From NCBI GenBank assembly GCA_002269645.1, contig NIVC01000633.1, forward strand, positions 124,001 to 188,000: 64,000 bases of DNA. The letters run 5' to 3'. The stretch is from Macrostomum lignano (lineage: Eukaryota). A program made the translations under genes and the position numbers. This document shows positions 1-11,272 of this stretch, piece by piece; position 1 is the first letter of the stretch; each line of letters begins with the position of its first letter. The notes below the pieces were generated by a model. That model saw only the letters and a program-made list of their open reading frames with translations. It searched no databases and had not been told where the DNA came from.

Positions 1-495
1 CAACCTGGTGACGTACAAACTGAATAATTCAGCAGTGACTGGGGAAAGGCACGCCAACCTGGTGACGTACAAACTGAATAATTCAGCAGTGACTGGGGAA
101 AGGCACGCCAACCTGGTGACGTACAAACTGAATAATTCAGCAGTGACTGGGGAAAGGCACGCCAACCTGGTGACGTACAAACTGAATAATTCAGCAGTGA
201 CTGGGGAAAGGCACGCCAACCTGGTGACGTACAAACTGAATAATTCAGCAGTGACTGGGGAAAGGCACGCCAACCTGGTGACGTACAAACTGAATAATTC
301 AGCAGTGACTGGGGAAAGGCACGCCAACCTGGTGACGTACAAACTGAATAATTCAGCAGTGACTGGGGAAAGGCACGCCAACCTGGTGACGTACAAACTG
401 AATAATTCAGCAGTGACTGGGGAAAGGCACGCCAACCTGGTGACGTACAAACTGAATAATTCAGCAGTGACTGGGGAAAGGCACGCCAACCTGGT
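1..495. repeat. 54-bp minisatellite (~9 copies) in a PKD2 intron
   Basis: Unit CAACCTGGTGACGTACAAACTGAATAATTCAGCAGTGACTGGGGAAAGGCACGC repeats exactly. ORF 8..544 is only its 18-aa translation. Confidence 0.95.
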
Positions 496-609
496 AAACT
501 ATTCAAGTGTCCGGCAGCTACGAGAATTCACCGCGGTGACTTAGCGACCATTCAAGAATCAGCGGTTCCCAGCTGCACTTCAGACACAGCTTTCAGCGTC
601 AGAACTCAC

Positions 610-1893
610 CTCCTTGAAGTAGTCGGCCATCTCGAACTCGTTGGGCTGGTTGGCTAGGTCCGTCTTTACCTCGCTGTAGGTGTCGTTGATGATGGCCAGG
701 AACATGTTGATGAGCACGAAGAACACGAAGAACACGTACAGCAGGAAGAACAGCGGCCCGAGGACGCGGTTGGCGCTCTCCAGCTGGTGGAAGTCGAAGT
801 CGCCAAGAATGATGCGGAACAGCGTGAAAACGGAGTGGTGGAACTCGCGGAAGTCCTTGATCTGCGTGCCGAAGATGAGGTAGCCCAGCTGGGCGAAGGC
901 AAAGAACACGATGAAGAACATGACGGCAAAGCCCATGAGGTCCTTGGCGCAGGCGCTGAGGGTGGAGCTCAGCTGTGTCATGGTCTTGTTGAAGCTGATG
1001 TACTTGAAGAACTTCACCCAGGCCAGGAAGAGGGTGAAGGCGATGGCATTGTTGAACTGCTGCTGCCAGTAGGAGAGGAAGTCGAAGTCCGGGAAGCGGC
1101 TCTCGTCTTGCAGCAGCTCCTGCAGCTTCTTTCCAACGGTGACGGTTCGGTAGACATTGAAGCCTCCACAGATCAGGGACACAAGAATCACTATGATGTC
1201 CAGCCAGTTCCAGAAGGTCTTGAAATAGTCCAGCTTGTTGCGCTTGATCTCGATGACCTCCTCCACGATGTAGTAGCAGATGAAGAGCATGAAGATGCCC
1301 TCGCAAACCAGCACGAAGTAGTCCTTGGGCTCGACGTAGCGCAGCAACTTCACGGTGCGGAAGTCGGACGATGGGATCGCACCGCCAGTGGCCGGCAGCT
1401 CCAGCACCAGCTTGACCACGCAGAAGAGGTTGATGTTGGCGTTGTACACGGTGAAGTCAACGAACACGACGCGGGTGCCGCGATCGATCCACAGTCCGGT
1501 GAAGAGCTCGTTGAGCTGCGCGGTGGAGTCTTCCTTGTTGCGGCTCAGGTCAACATAGTAGCCGCTGCCGGGGTAGCTGGATATCTCGCCGGAGAAGCTG
1601 CGCCCGTCCAGCTGCTTCTCGGTGGAGTAGTTCCAGGCGCTTGAGTTCATATAGCCGAAGGGTCGCTTTTCCTCCACACCCGGGCTGAAAGAGGAGTGGC
1701 AGAAGGTGATCTCGTCCTTGAAGTCGTCCGCCACCGTGCAGCTGTTGTTGCGAACCCGAAGCTGGCGAATCCGTGGCACGCCGAGCAGCTTGTTGTCGTA
1801 GTAGATGAAGTTCTTTTCCTTGGGGTCAGAGAAGTTGTCGCTGTTGTACCAGGACTCCCAGTACAGGCCGTCCATCAAAGGTCCCTTGGCGAA
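610..1893 (-). CDS. PKD2: Polycystin-2 (TRPP) channel, coding exon 4; gene continues beyond the left edge
   Basis: Protein has LLGVPRIRQLRVRNNSC, GTRVVFVDFTVYNANINLF, the S1-S6 helices and the pore/S6 region LFRIILGDFDF...LINMFLAIINDTYSEVK. Acceptor TTCAG at 1894+, donor GAG|GTGAGT at 609. Length 1284 bp, phase 0. Confidence 0.93.
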
Positions 1894-1990
1894 CTGAAGA
1901 AGTCAAGGAGGTGGAATGCGATTCTTCGGATTCTTTTTCAGCCTGCCTGAAGTGGATACGAGCATAGCATTTAAATTGACGTTCATTTAA

Positions 1991-2166
1991 CTTCCCGGTT
2001 CCCGAATCGACCTCCAGCATTATTCTTGGTTCCCGAATCGACCCCCATCATTCTTCCCGTTCCCGAATCGACCTCCATCATTCTTCCCGGTTCCCGAATC
2101 GACCCCCATCATTCTTCCCGGTTCCCGAATCGACCCCCACCATTCTTCCCGGTTCCCGAATCGACC
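1991..2166. repeat. ~30-31-bp minisatellite in PKD2 intron 3
   Basis: About 6 copies of TCCCGAATCGACCCCCATCATTCTTCCCGGT. Confidence 0.85.
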
Positions 2167-2223
2167 ACATCCACATTCACAGCACTATTCAATCGAGCTC
2201 ATATCCGACGGTTGCCAACTCAC

Positions 2224-2354
2224 GCTCCACCATCCGGGAATGCTGTTGATGCGGGTGAACGGAGTCTGGGTGTCGGCAGCCGGGGTGGCGGTGAACAGGC
2301 CGCTCAGGGCCTGGGTGTAGTAGAACATGTTGGTGCTGGTCATGCCCAGAGACA
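2224..2354 (-). CDS. PKD2: Polycystin-2 coding exon 3
   Basis: (L)SLGMTSTNMFYYTQALSGLF...WWS. Acceptor CCCGCAG, donor AGC|GTGAGT. Phases fit both neighbouring exons. Confidence 0.85.
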
Positions 2355-2456
2355 CTGCGGGAGAAGTTTCCGTCAACGATATCGTCAAATAACAGGGTGA
2401 ACACAAGGTTGAGAAGCGTCTTCTCATGGAGAAAAGACAAAGTGAAAGTAACTTAC

Positions 2457-2570
2457 AAATCATGAGCACCGCCAGGAAGATGCAGTAGATGACCAGCTCG
2501 CGCAGAGTGGTCTTGATGTACAGCTCCCGGTTGGTCTTGGTGTCCTCGGTCATGTTGGTCCTCCAGATGG
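2457..2570 (-). CDS. PKD2: Polycystin-2 coding exon 2
   Basis: (A)IWRTNMTEDTKTNRELYIKTTLRELVIYCIFLAVLMI contains the PKD2 TTLREL motif. Acceptor CCTACCTAG, donor T|GTAAGT. Confidence 0.87.
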
Positions 2571-3384
2571 CTAGGTAGGAGTAGGACCGGGACGTTCGCT
2601 GCTCAGTTGGTGGCGCCATACCGATGCCCCACCGGCCCTCTGCTGTACTTGACTGCCCTCCAATTCTACCCAGGAGCGTCTCCTGTTCAATCCTCCTCCT
2701 CATGCCCTCTTCTGCTTTGCCGTTTCTGCTTTTATGAGCCCCAGGCTGGATCCCTTGGCCTTGGATTTTATGGCCGCAGGAGAGGAGAAAGGAGAGAGAG
2801 AGGGAGAGCAGCGGGTCGAGTTGCGGACCCCAATTTTGGACAGCTCCGAGAGCGGCGGCTCTTCACGTGGGCGCGCACCCCGGCAAAAGGCTGACTTTTG
2901 CCAACCTTAACAGCCTGCAAGCCTCCATGCAGCTTTCTCTGTATCTGTCTGCGTGCTAGGGCTGCGCAATTGCGTGCTGCCACGACCTGTACTTTTGCAC
3001 TCATTGCTCTCTCTCTCTGCCCCCTCACCAAACACTTGGCAAGGAATATTACCGGGGTTTGAACATTGAAAATTTGATGAAACCACTTGTGGGGGAAAAC
3101 TGGTAACATTGAAATTCTACTAAGAGACATGTGCTAACTTTTTCAAGGAGGGCAAGAGACAAATGATAGATTAAAGACATATCACAGTTGACAAGTCTAA
3201 GCAGCCTAAGCATCTATGCGCAATCCTGAATTCTTTCTTAGAAGCACAAGTACCTTTCTTCGAAATCTCTGGATCTTTCTAGGAAATCCTGAAATGTTTC
3301 TTGGAAATCCTAAAATCTCCAAACCTACTTTCCTAAAAAATTCCAGAAGTTCAGCCATCTCAGCACTCTGCCCTGAAAGCTCAC

Positions 3385-3655
3385 CCCGCACAGTCTTAAC
3401 GAAGTTGGGCCAGCAGCCTTCGCTGCCCTCGATCAGAACGGGGCCGCCAATGTCACCGCCGGAGACTTCGGACTTCTCCGGCTGCGTCTGCAGCTCGCCG
3501 GCGGGCGGAGCGTCGGCCAGCGGCGGCTCGCTGACGGTTGACCAGGTCTGGCTGCCCTGCTGCAGCCCGGATGTCGAGGCGGTCGAGGCCGTTGTCGAAG
3601 ATCGGGCTGCCGCCCGGGCTCGAGCCCTGGAGCTGCTGGGCCGGCTGCTCGACAT
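3385..3655 (-). CDS. PKD2: Polycystin-2 coding exon 1 (N-terminus)
   Basis: MSSSRPSSSRAR...GCWPNFVKTVR, donor CGG G|GTGAGC. The phase-1 join gives GCWPNFVKTVR-AIWRTNMTED, typical of the PKD2 pre-S1 region. Confidence 0.72.
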
Positions 3656-3725
3656 GGCGATTTTGGCGCGAATTCAAAAACTGCGGAATGACTGATTGGG
3701 GGGGGGTAGAAAGCCTGGAGTCGCG

Positions 3726-3940
3726 CCTGGCTGATGGTGGGTTCCGGGTCAGTGAGTGAGATTTGCACCTGGCTGATGGTGGGTTCCGGGTCAGTGAGTG
3801 AGATTTGCACCTGGCTGATGGTGGGTTCCGGGTCAGTGAGTGAGATTTGCACCTGGCTGATGGTGGGTTCCGGGTCAGTGAGTGAGATTTTCACCTGGCT
3901 GATGGTGGGTTCCGGGTCAGTGAGTGAGATTTGCACCTGG
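3726..3940. repeat. 42-bp minisatellite (~5 copies) just upstream of the PKD2 start
   Basis: Unit CTGGCTGATGGTGGGTTCCGGGTCAGTGAGTGAGATTTGCAC. Confidence 0.9.
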
Positions 3941-5088
3941 GGAGGCTGTGTGTTTTGGGTCTCAGTTAGCGGACTTGCACCTGGGTTGTTTGGTTGTGGG
4001 TTTGTATAATTCTTGATCCCATAAGACTTGGCAGTGTGGCCTTAGCATGGTTGATGCAAAATAACTCAAGGGACAATTGCTAAAGAACAGTTCACTGCTC
4101 ACCGTTCTCAAGTGCGCTGAGTCTCCTCTTCTCTCCTCGTTGCAATTCCAGCCTCAGAATTTCACGACTTTAAAAACCATCGTGCTGCCCCCATAGCACT
4201 GGCTTCTGGGGGCCCGTTGCTATGCAGTTGCCAAGGCTACAGCGGAACAACAGACAGTCAACAATGCAAGCTGCTCATGAATCATTGATGGCAGCGCGTG
4301 CAGTCAACTTGTCGCAGAGCTGCCTCAGGTACTGCCTGCAGGTGGAGCTCTGGCCGGCCTACCGCTGCTCAGGTTGTAAAACTGCTGTCAAGCGTGCTCA
4401 GGTGAGCGGCAGAGAGTCCGTTGGGAAGCTTTCACTGATGATGCGCTGGGTTGGGAGAGATGAAACCTGCTTCGTCTTACCTGATAGTGACCTTGGCTCG
4501 TAAAAATCCTAAATCTTTTATGAGGTAAGCAGCTTTCGATCTCAAAGAAGTCTCTGATCACACCAGCTTCACGACCACACTTCTCTACACTTCTCTCGCT
4601 ACGGTTGTCCGTACAATCCAGTGAATGCATGTACAATCCAGTGGATGCATGTACAATTCAGAGAATGCATGTACAATCCTGTAAAGCTATTAATAAAGTG
4701 AATCAAAATGGTCAGCAAAGAAGTGTAGTGATCCCCTAGTTGGTGTTAGGCGTCGCACTTTGTCAGCAGTCGCCCTTGCCCTCGCCCTCGCCCTGGGTTG
4801 CTGTCTGCCGCTGGTCAGCTTCCCGCCTCCCTCCTTTTGTCTGTCTGTTGCCTCTCCCTTCCCTCGTTTTGCCCGTTTTGCCCTTTGTTTCTCAGCCCTC
4901 AGCTTCTCTGCTGTGGGCTGTCTCTGTTTCGCTCGGTCTTTGTTTCCCCTGTCATGTGAGCGAGTCACATGACAGATCCTCTGTTCTTTGAGTCCTAAAG
5001 TGCAGTAAACATTTTTACTGCACTTGTTGGCCCTGTTTACCGGGAGAGTCACATGCTTTCGGCCCCCTCCCTTCTCTAAGGAGAGGAG

Positions 5089-5292
5089 TGACTCATGTTG
5101 CTAAAAATAGCAACTGAGCCACAGCCATGTGCACTCTGCCGGGAGACCCTCAAGTGACGTCAGTTCTAAAAATAGAACGAGTCACGAGGTCTTCCGCACG
5201 CTTGTACCCTGCCCGAGACTCTCAAGTGACGTCAGTTCTAAAAATAGAATGAGGTCACGAGGTCTTGTGCGTGGGTTTCCCGGTTATAAATA
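5089..5292 (+). promoter_or_regulatory. Enhancer/promoter-like cluster (AP-1, 3x MEF2, 2x CRE, TATA) with a 72-bp duplication; possibly U3 of a solo LTR
   Basis: TGACTCA 5089-5095; CTAAAAATAG at 5101, 5166, 5238; TGACGTCA at 5155 and 5227; TATAAATA 5285-5292. Function is inferred from motif matches only. Confidence 0.45.
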
Positions 5293-6084
5293 GGACCCCT
5301 CTCCCTTGTTTCCGTCAAGGAATGGCTTCTTATCTGCGGAGAATTCACTAAGATCCCGTGTGCGTCAGTGTCTAAGTGCCCTTTGCGTACTGAATCCGTT
5401 TGTACTGGTCTGACTGAGACCCCACTAAAGCCCAAGCCTAAGGAAGGCTAACACTGCCTTCCCGGCCGCCCCTGAGCCCGGCGGGGATCTGCTGATCAGG
5501 ACGCCTTGTTCATTGGTCTGCAGGTCTGCACGCTGTGCTGAGTTCGTTGACTTGTTTGTTTCGTTCCGACGGGAAGCTCACCTCATCGAAGGCCGAGACC
5601 TGGGGGAACTGGTGGCGGCACTACCTACGCTACTAAGAGTTAAGAAGGCTTCTGAGTGAGAGGACGGAGCCCAAGTCACTGCGCTGTACAGCAGGAGAAC
5701 CACAGGTACAACAGAAGCAAATCACTCTACTCATAGTAGGCTCTCGGTGCCCGTCCGGTATCGCACACTTAAACAGACAGCAGAAGCGCGACGCCAATAA
5801 GTAATAAATCATTGCTTTCGCGTCGGCTGCAGCGGGGAGCTACGCTTGTAGAGGGGTTGCGCAATCCCTCGCATGCCAGTTCAGTCATGACCGCCAGCTG
5901 CAACTGCTGTTCAAGCAGGCTGTGCAGTTGTCAGCCAGGAGCCAGTCAGATTATTGACGTCTGGGACAATGGGAGAGTGACTCACGCATCATTCTGGTGC
6001 ATTCAGTAGCTGTGCGAGCACCGAACTGCTTCGAGATGTTCAGGTTCAGAATTAGAAGACTGGACTGCAGTGCTCAAATCATAT

Positions 6085-6790
6085 TTGGGTGAGAGAGGGA
6101 GATAAGGAGAGAAGGGGGTGAGAGAGGGAGAGAGGAGTGAGAGAGAATGCATGTAATTATTTGAGATCGTAATGTAATCGCATGTAATTCTTTGAGATTT
6201 ATCTTTGAGATTGATAAGGAGAGAAGGGGGTGAGAGAGGGAGAGAAAGAGTGAGAGAGGGAGAGAAAGAGAGAAGGGGCTGAGAAAGGAAGGAAGAGAAG
6301 TGGGTGAGAGAGGGAGAGAAGGGGTAAGAGAGGGAAAGAAGGGGTGAGAGAGGGAGCGAAGGAGGTGAGAGGGAGAGAAGGGGTGAGAGAGGGAGAGAAG
6401 GGGTGAGAGAGGGAGAGAAGGGGTGAGAGAGGGAGAGAAGGGGTGAGAGAGGGAGAGAAGGGGTGAGAGAGAGGTGAGAGAGGGAGGTGAGAGAGGGAGA
6501 GAAGGGGTGAGAGAGAGAGGTGAGAGAGGGAGGTGAGAGAGGGAGAGAAGGGGTGAGAGAGGGAGGGAGAGGGTGAGAGAGGGAGAGAAGAAGTGAGAGG
6601 AGGTGAGAGAGGGAGAGAAGGGGTGAGAGAGGGAGGGAGAGGGTGAGAGAGGGAGAGAAGAAGTGAGAGGAGGTGAGAGAGGGAGAGAAGGGGTGAGAGA
6701 GGGAGGGAGAGGGTGAGAGAGGGAGAGAAGAAGTGAGAGGAGGTGAGAGAGGGGTAGACGGGGACGTGAGACAGAAGGGTGAGAGGGAAA
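6085..6790. repeat. Polypurine (GA-rich) low-complexity tract
   Basis: Variants of GGTGAGAGAGGGAGAGAAGG. The S/L/P-rich ORFs here are artefacts. Confidence 0.9.
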
Positions 6791-7492
6791 GATGAGAAGT
6801 AACAGGATAAGAAGTACACAGGACAGCGAGTGGAGTGAGACACAAAGCGAAAGGCATGCATAAGTCGCACTCACAGCTCCTGGGTTGTAGCGAGCTCAGC
6901 AGAACTCAGCCGCCTGCTCCTTGGCTCTGCCTGAACTCTGTCAAGCAGCAGGGGCGAAGGATGGCCGCCGCCGCCGCCCCCCCCCCCTTGGCGATCGCCC
7001 CTCTTAATCATCGGCACAGGGGCCCCGGGGGGATGCGGCAGGGAAAAGCAGTCCGGCCAGCCGTTTCCCAGAATGCCCGCCAGCGCCGGCCGTGACCTCC
7101 TGCCTGAGGCCCGCAGCGCGGGGCGGGATGCCCCGCTGCGAGACAGTTTTATGGCCTGGGCGCTCCATGCGGATGCCTTTGATTTATTGAGCAGGCAGAG
7201 AGGCTGCTGGGATTCTCACGGGCAGCCGGATTCCTAATGAAATCGCAGGCCTAACGCTTGTCTGCCGCTAAGTCATGCGGGCTCCGCTTGAAAAGTTTGA
7301 AAAGCTGCGTTCGGCTGAACACCTGGAAATTACCTGCGATGGGAGAAACTAATTTTGAGAGCGTTTGACGGATTAGGAGGGGGAGAGATTGACAAAAGAG
7401 GATCAGAGGGAATGACAGAAGGGGTTTAGAAGAGATGAGAGTAGGAGATGAGAGAAGGGGACGAAAGAGGGGGATTAGAGAGGGTTATAAGA

Positions 7493-7830
7493 GTAGGGGA
7501 TGAGAGTAGGGGATGAGAGTAGGGGATGAGAGTAGGGGATGAGAGTAGGGGATGAGAGTAGGGGATGAGAGTAGGGGATGAGAGTAGGGGATGAGAGTAG
7601 GGGATGAGAGTAGGGGATGAGAGTAGGGGATGAGAGTAGGGGATGAGAGTAGGGGATGAGAGTAGGGGATGAGAGTAGGGGATCAGAGTAGGGGATCAGA
7701 GTAGGGGATGAGAGTAGGGGATGAGAGTAGGGGATGAGAGTAGGGGATGAGAGTAGGGGATGAGAGTAGGGGATGAGAGTAGGGGATGAGAGTAGGGGAT
7801 GAGAGTAGGGGATAAGAGAAGGGGATGAGA
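7493..7830. repeat. 13-bp tandem repeat (GATGAGAGTAGGG)n
   Basis: About 25 near-perfect copies. Confidence 0.92.
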
Positions 7831-8413
7831 GAAGGGAGAGATGTGAAGGGGAGAGCTAAGGAAGGGAGCAGCAAGGAAGAGTGGCAACGGGGATTTGGTG
7901 AGATCTGAAATGGATTTAACCAAACTGCAGTCCAGACAGTGCAGGCAGGGCAGGTAACCGTGTGTGTTCATGGATAGGCAGGCAGACATCAAAGGGCGGA
8001 GCGGCCCCATCAGCGGCCCTTATCCTTATCTGGCGGGTATAAAGGGGCCCATAAAACGGCAAATGTTTTCCAAGCTCGCGCCCCGGTGGAGCCCTGCTGT
8101 GAAAGAAGAAACGGCAAACAGCGTGCGTGTTCCGCGCGGAATCGTGATTTACGATGGGGCTTTTCTCCAGGCAAACAGGCGCACAAAGACCGCCTCTTTG
8201 TCTCTGCAGGATTCCGGCAGCTATCGATCCAAGGACTACTAAGTAGATATATACGTTACTTTAGTCGTCCTTGTATCGATATACTGTGTGGGGCCGAAAC
8301 ACATGGTACCACAAAACCGAAAGTTCATTAGACAATTGTGATGTTTTGGTCATGTGACATTTCGGTCATGTGATATTTCGGTCATGCGATATTTCGGTCA
8401 GGTGATGAAGGGC

Positions 8414-10496
8414 TGAATTGGACATCGGGTTGCAACTGTCACTTCAGGTGTGTGATGAGGTGGGCATTGGGTTGCCACTGTCACTTCAGGTGTGATGAGT
8501 TGGACATTGGGTTGCCACTGTCACTTCAGGTGTGATGAGTTGGGCATTGGGTTGCCACTGTCACTTCAGGTGTGATGAGTTGGACATTGGGTTGCCACTG
8601 TCACTTCAGGTGTGTGATGAGTTGGGCATTGGGTTGCCACTGTCACTTCAGGTGTGATGAATTGGACATTGGGTTGCCACTGTCACTTCAGGTGTGTGAT
8701 GAGGTGGGCATTGGGTTGCCACTGTCACTTCAGGTGTGATGAGTTGGACATTGGGTTGCCACTGTCACTTCAGGTGTGATGAGTTGGGCATTGGGTTGCC
8801 ACTGTCACTTCAGGTGTGATGAGTTGGACATTGGGTTGCCACTGTCACTTCAGGTGTGTGATGAGTTGGGCATTGGGTTGCCACTGTCACTTCAGGTGTG
8901 ATGAGTTGGACATTGGGTTGCCACTGTCACTTCAGGTGTGTGATGAGTTGGACATTGGGTTGCCACTGTCACTTCAGGTGTGTGATGAGTTGGACATTGG
9001 GTTGCCACTGTCACTTCAGGTGTGTGATGAGTTGGGCATTGGGTTGCCACTGTTGCTTCAGGTGTGTGATAAGTTGGGCATTGGGTTGCAACTGTCACTT
9101 CAGGTGTGATGAGTTGGGCATTGGGTTGCCACTGTCACTTCAGGTGTGTGATGAGTTGGACATTGGGTTGCCACTGTCACTTCAGGTGTGATGAGTTGGA
9201 CATTGGGTTGCCACTGTCGCTTCAGGTGTGTGATGAGTTGGACATCGGGTTGCCACTGTCGCTTCAGGTGTGATGAGTTGGACATTGGGTTGCCACTGTC
9301 GCTTCAGGTGTGTGATGAGTTGGACATTGGGTTGCAACTGTCACTTCAGGTGTGTGATGAGTTGGGCATTGGGTTGCCACTGTCGCTTCAGGTGTGATGA
9401 GTTGGGCATTGGGTTGCCACTGTCACTTCAGGTGTGTGATGAGGTGGGCATTGGGTTGCCACTGTCACTTCAGGTGTGTGATGAGTTGGGCATTGGGTTG
9501 CCACTGTCGCTTCAGGTGTGTGATGAGTTGGACATTGGGTTGCCACTGTCGCTTCAGGTGTGTGATGAGTTGGACATTGGGTTGCCACTGTCGCTTCAGG
9601 TGTGTGATGAGTTGGACATCGGGTTGCCACTGTCACTTCAGGTGTGTGATGAGTTGGGCATTGGGTTGCCACTGTCGCTTCAGGTGTGTGATGAGTTGGG
9701 CATTGGGTTGCAACTGTCACTTCAGGTGTGATGAGTTGGGCATTGGGTTGCCACTGTCACTTCAGGTGTGTGATGAGTTGGGCATTGGGTTGCAACTGTC
9801 ACTTCAGGTGTGATGAGTTGGACATTGGGTTGCCACTGTCGCTTCAGGTGTGTGATGAGTTGGACATCGGGTTGCCACTGTCGCTTCAGGTGTGATGAGT
9901 TGGACATTGGGTTGCCACTGTCGCTTCAGGTGTGTGATGAGTTGGACATTGGGTTGCAACTGTCACTTCAGGTGTGTGATGAGTTGGGCATTGGGTTGCC
10001 ACTGTCGCTTCAGGTGTGATGAGTTGGGCATTGGGTTGCCACTGTCACTTCAGGTGTGTGATGAGGTGGGCATTGGGTTGCCACTGTCACTTCAGGTGTG
10101 TGATGAGTTGGGCATTGGGTTGCCACTGTCGCTTCAGGTGTGATGAGTTGGACATTGGGTTGCCACTGTCGCTTCAGGTGTGTGATGAGTTGGACATTGG
10201 GTTGCCACTGTCGCTTCAGGTGTGTGATGAGTTGGACATCGGGTTGCCACTGTCGCTTCAGGTGTGATGAGTTGGACATTGGGTTGCCACTGTCGCTTCA
10301 GGTGTGTGATGAGTTGGACATTGGGTTGCCACTGTCACTTCAGGTGTGTGATGAGTTGGACATCGGGTTGCCACTGTCGCTTCAGGTGTGATGAGTTGGA
10401 CATCGGGTTGCCACTGTCGCTTCAGGTGTGATGAGTTGGACATCGGGTTGCCACTGTCGCTTCAGGTGGGATGAGTTGGACATCGGGTTGCCACTG
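8414..10496. repeat. 40/42-bp satellite, left part of the array interrupted by the Polinton-like element
   Basis: Unit GTGT(GT)GATGAGTTGG(A/G)CAT(T/C)GGGTTGCCACTGTC(A/G)CTTCAG, about 50 copies, with a 622-bp higher-order duplication. Confidence 0.95.
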
Positions 10497-10540
10497 AGTA
10501 GAAGGCATGAGGGGGCTTCTGGGACAAAATTTTTCACCTC

Positions 10541-10836
10541 CTCCATAATCCACCTAAATCCATCTATATTATTCCCGACAGAATCAGAAAAAAAGGGGGG
10601 TTGCACTCGCTCACAAAACGTCCTCCATAATCCCATTAAATCCATCTATATTATCCCTGACAGAATCAGAAAAAAAGGGGGGTCGCACTCGCTCACAAAA
10701 CGTCCTCCATAATCCCATTAAATCCATCCATATTATCCCTGACAGAATCATGAAAAAGGGGAGGGGCCGCACTTGCTCCGAAAACTTCGAACATAATCCT
10801 ATTAAATCCATCCATTACTATCCCTGACAGAATCAG
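10541..10836. repeat. ~82-bp subterminal tandem repeats (4 copies) in the left terminus, mirrored in the right terminus
   Basis: CTCCATAATC recurs at 10541, 10623, 10705, with a degenerate copy near 10789. Confidence 0.8.
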
Positions 10837-11031
10837 AGCATAACAGATGTCCACTAACACCTGTTATGCTCATTGACACCGACATCCACCCATAGCATCT
10901 TCGAAACAATCAGAAAATAATCTGCATTCTTCTTCCCACATTCAATTTGCAACGCGAAACCAGATCCCTAAAACTTTAAATCATCAGCGCAGGGTCCTTA
11001 CCCATTGAAAAAATCTAATTTTTCTCTAAAA

Positions 11032-11268
11032 ATGTTTCCAGTTGTCTCTCCAGGTTCTTATTATACTCAGCCTAATCCATTGTACAAATCCAAGTACCAA
11101 TGCAAGAAGGAATGCAGCGAGTACATGAGAAAATATTGGCCCGACGTTCAAATCAATGTCCCTAATATTAATCTAGCTCTCCAAAGACATTGGTTTCATA
11201 AGTATGGAGTAGTCATTAACGATTACGACAGCTACTATAACTTTGCAGAAATCATTAAGCAATTGTGA
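11032..11268 (+). CDS. Element ORF-a, 78-aa hypothetical protein (left copy)
   Basis: MFPVVSPGSYY...IIKQL after an A-rich start context; stop 4 bp from the minor capsid stop; identical copy in the right arm. Confidence 0.55.
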   Translation: MFPVVSPGSYYTQPNPLYKSKYQCKKECSEYMRKYWPDVQINVPNINLALQRHWFHKYGVVINDYDSYYNFAEIIKQL

Positions 11269-11272
11269 TTTC

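Noticed and set aside
8-544. 178-aa repetitive ORF
   Set aside because: It is the translation of a 54-bp intronic minisatellite on the strand opposite PKD2.
2607-2703. Alternative PKD2 start at MRRRIEQ or MAPPTEQ
   Set aside because: A good acceptor at 2571 and a phase-compatible upstream exon (3385-3655) give a more PKD2-like N-terminus.
8414-10496. CRISPR-like array or Cys/His-rich protein
   Set aside because: Units abut with no unique spacers, there are no cas genes, and the context is eukaryotic; it is a satellite.
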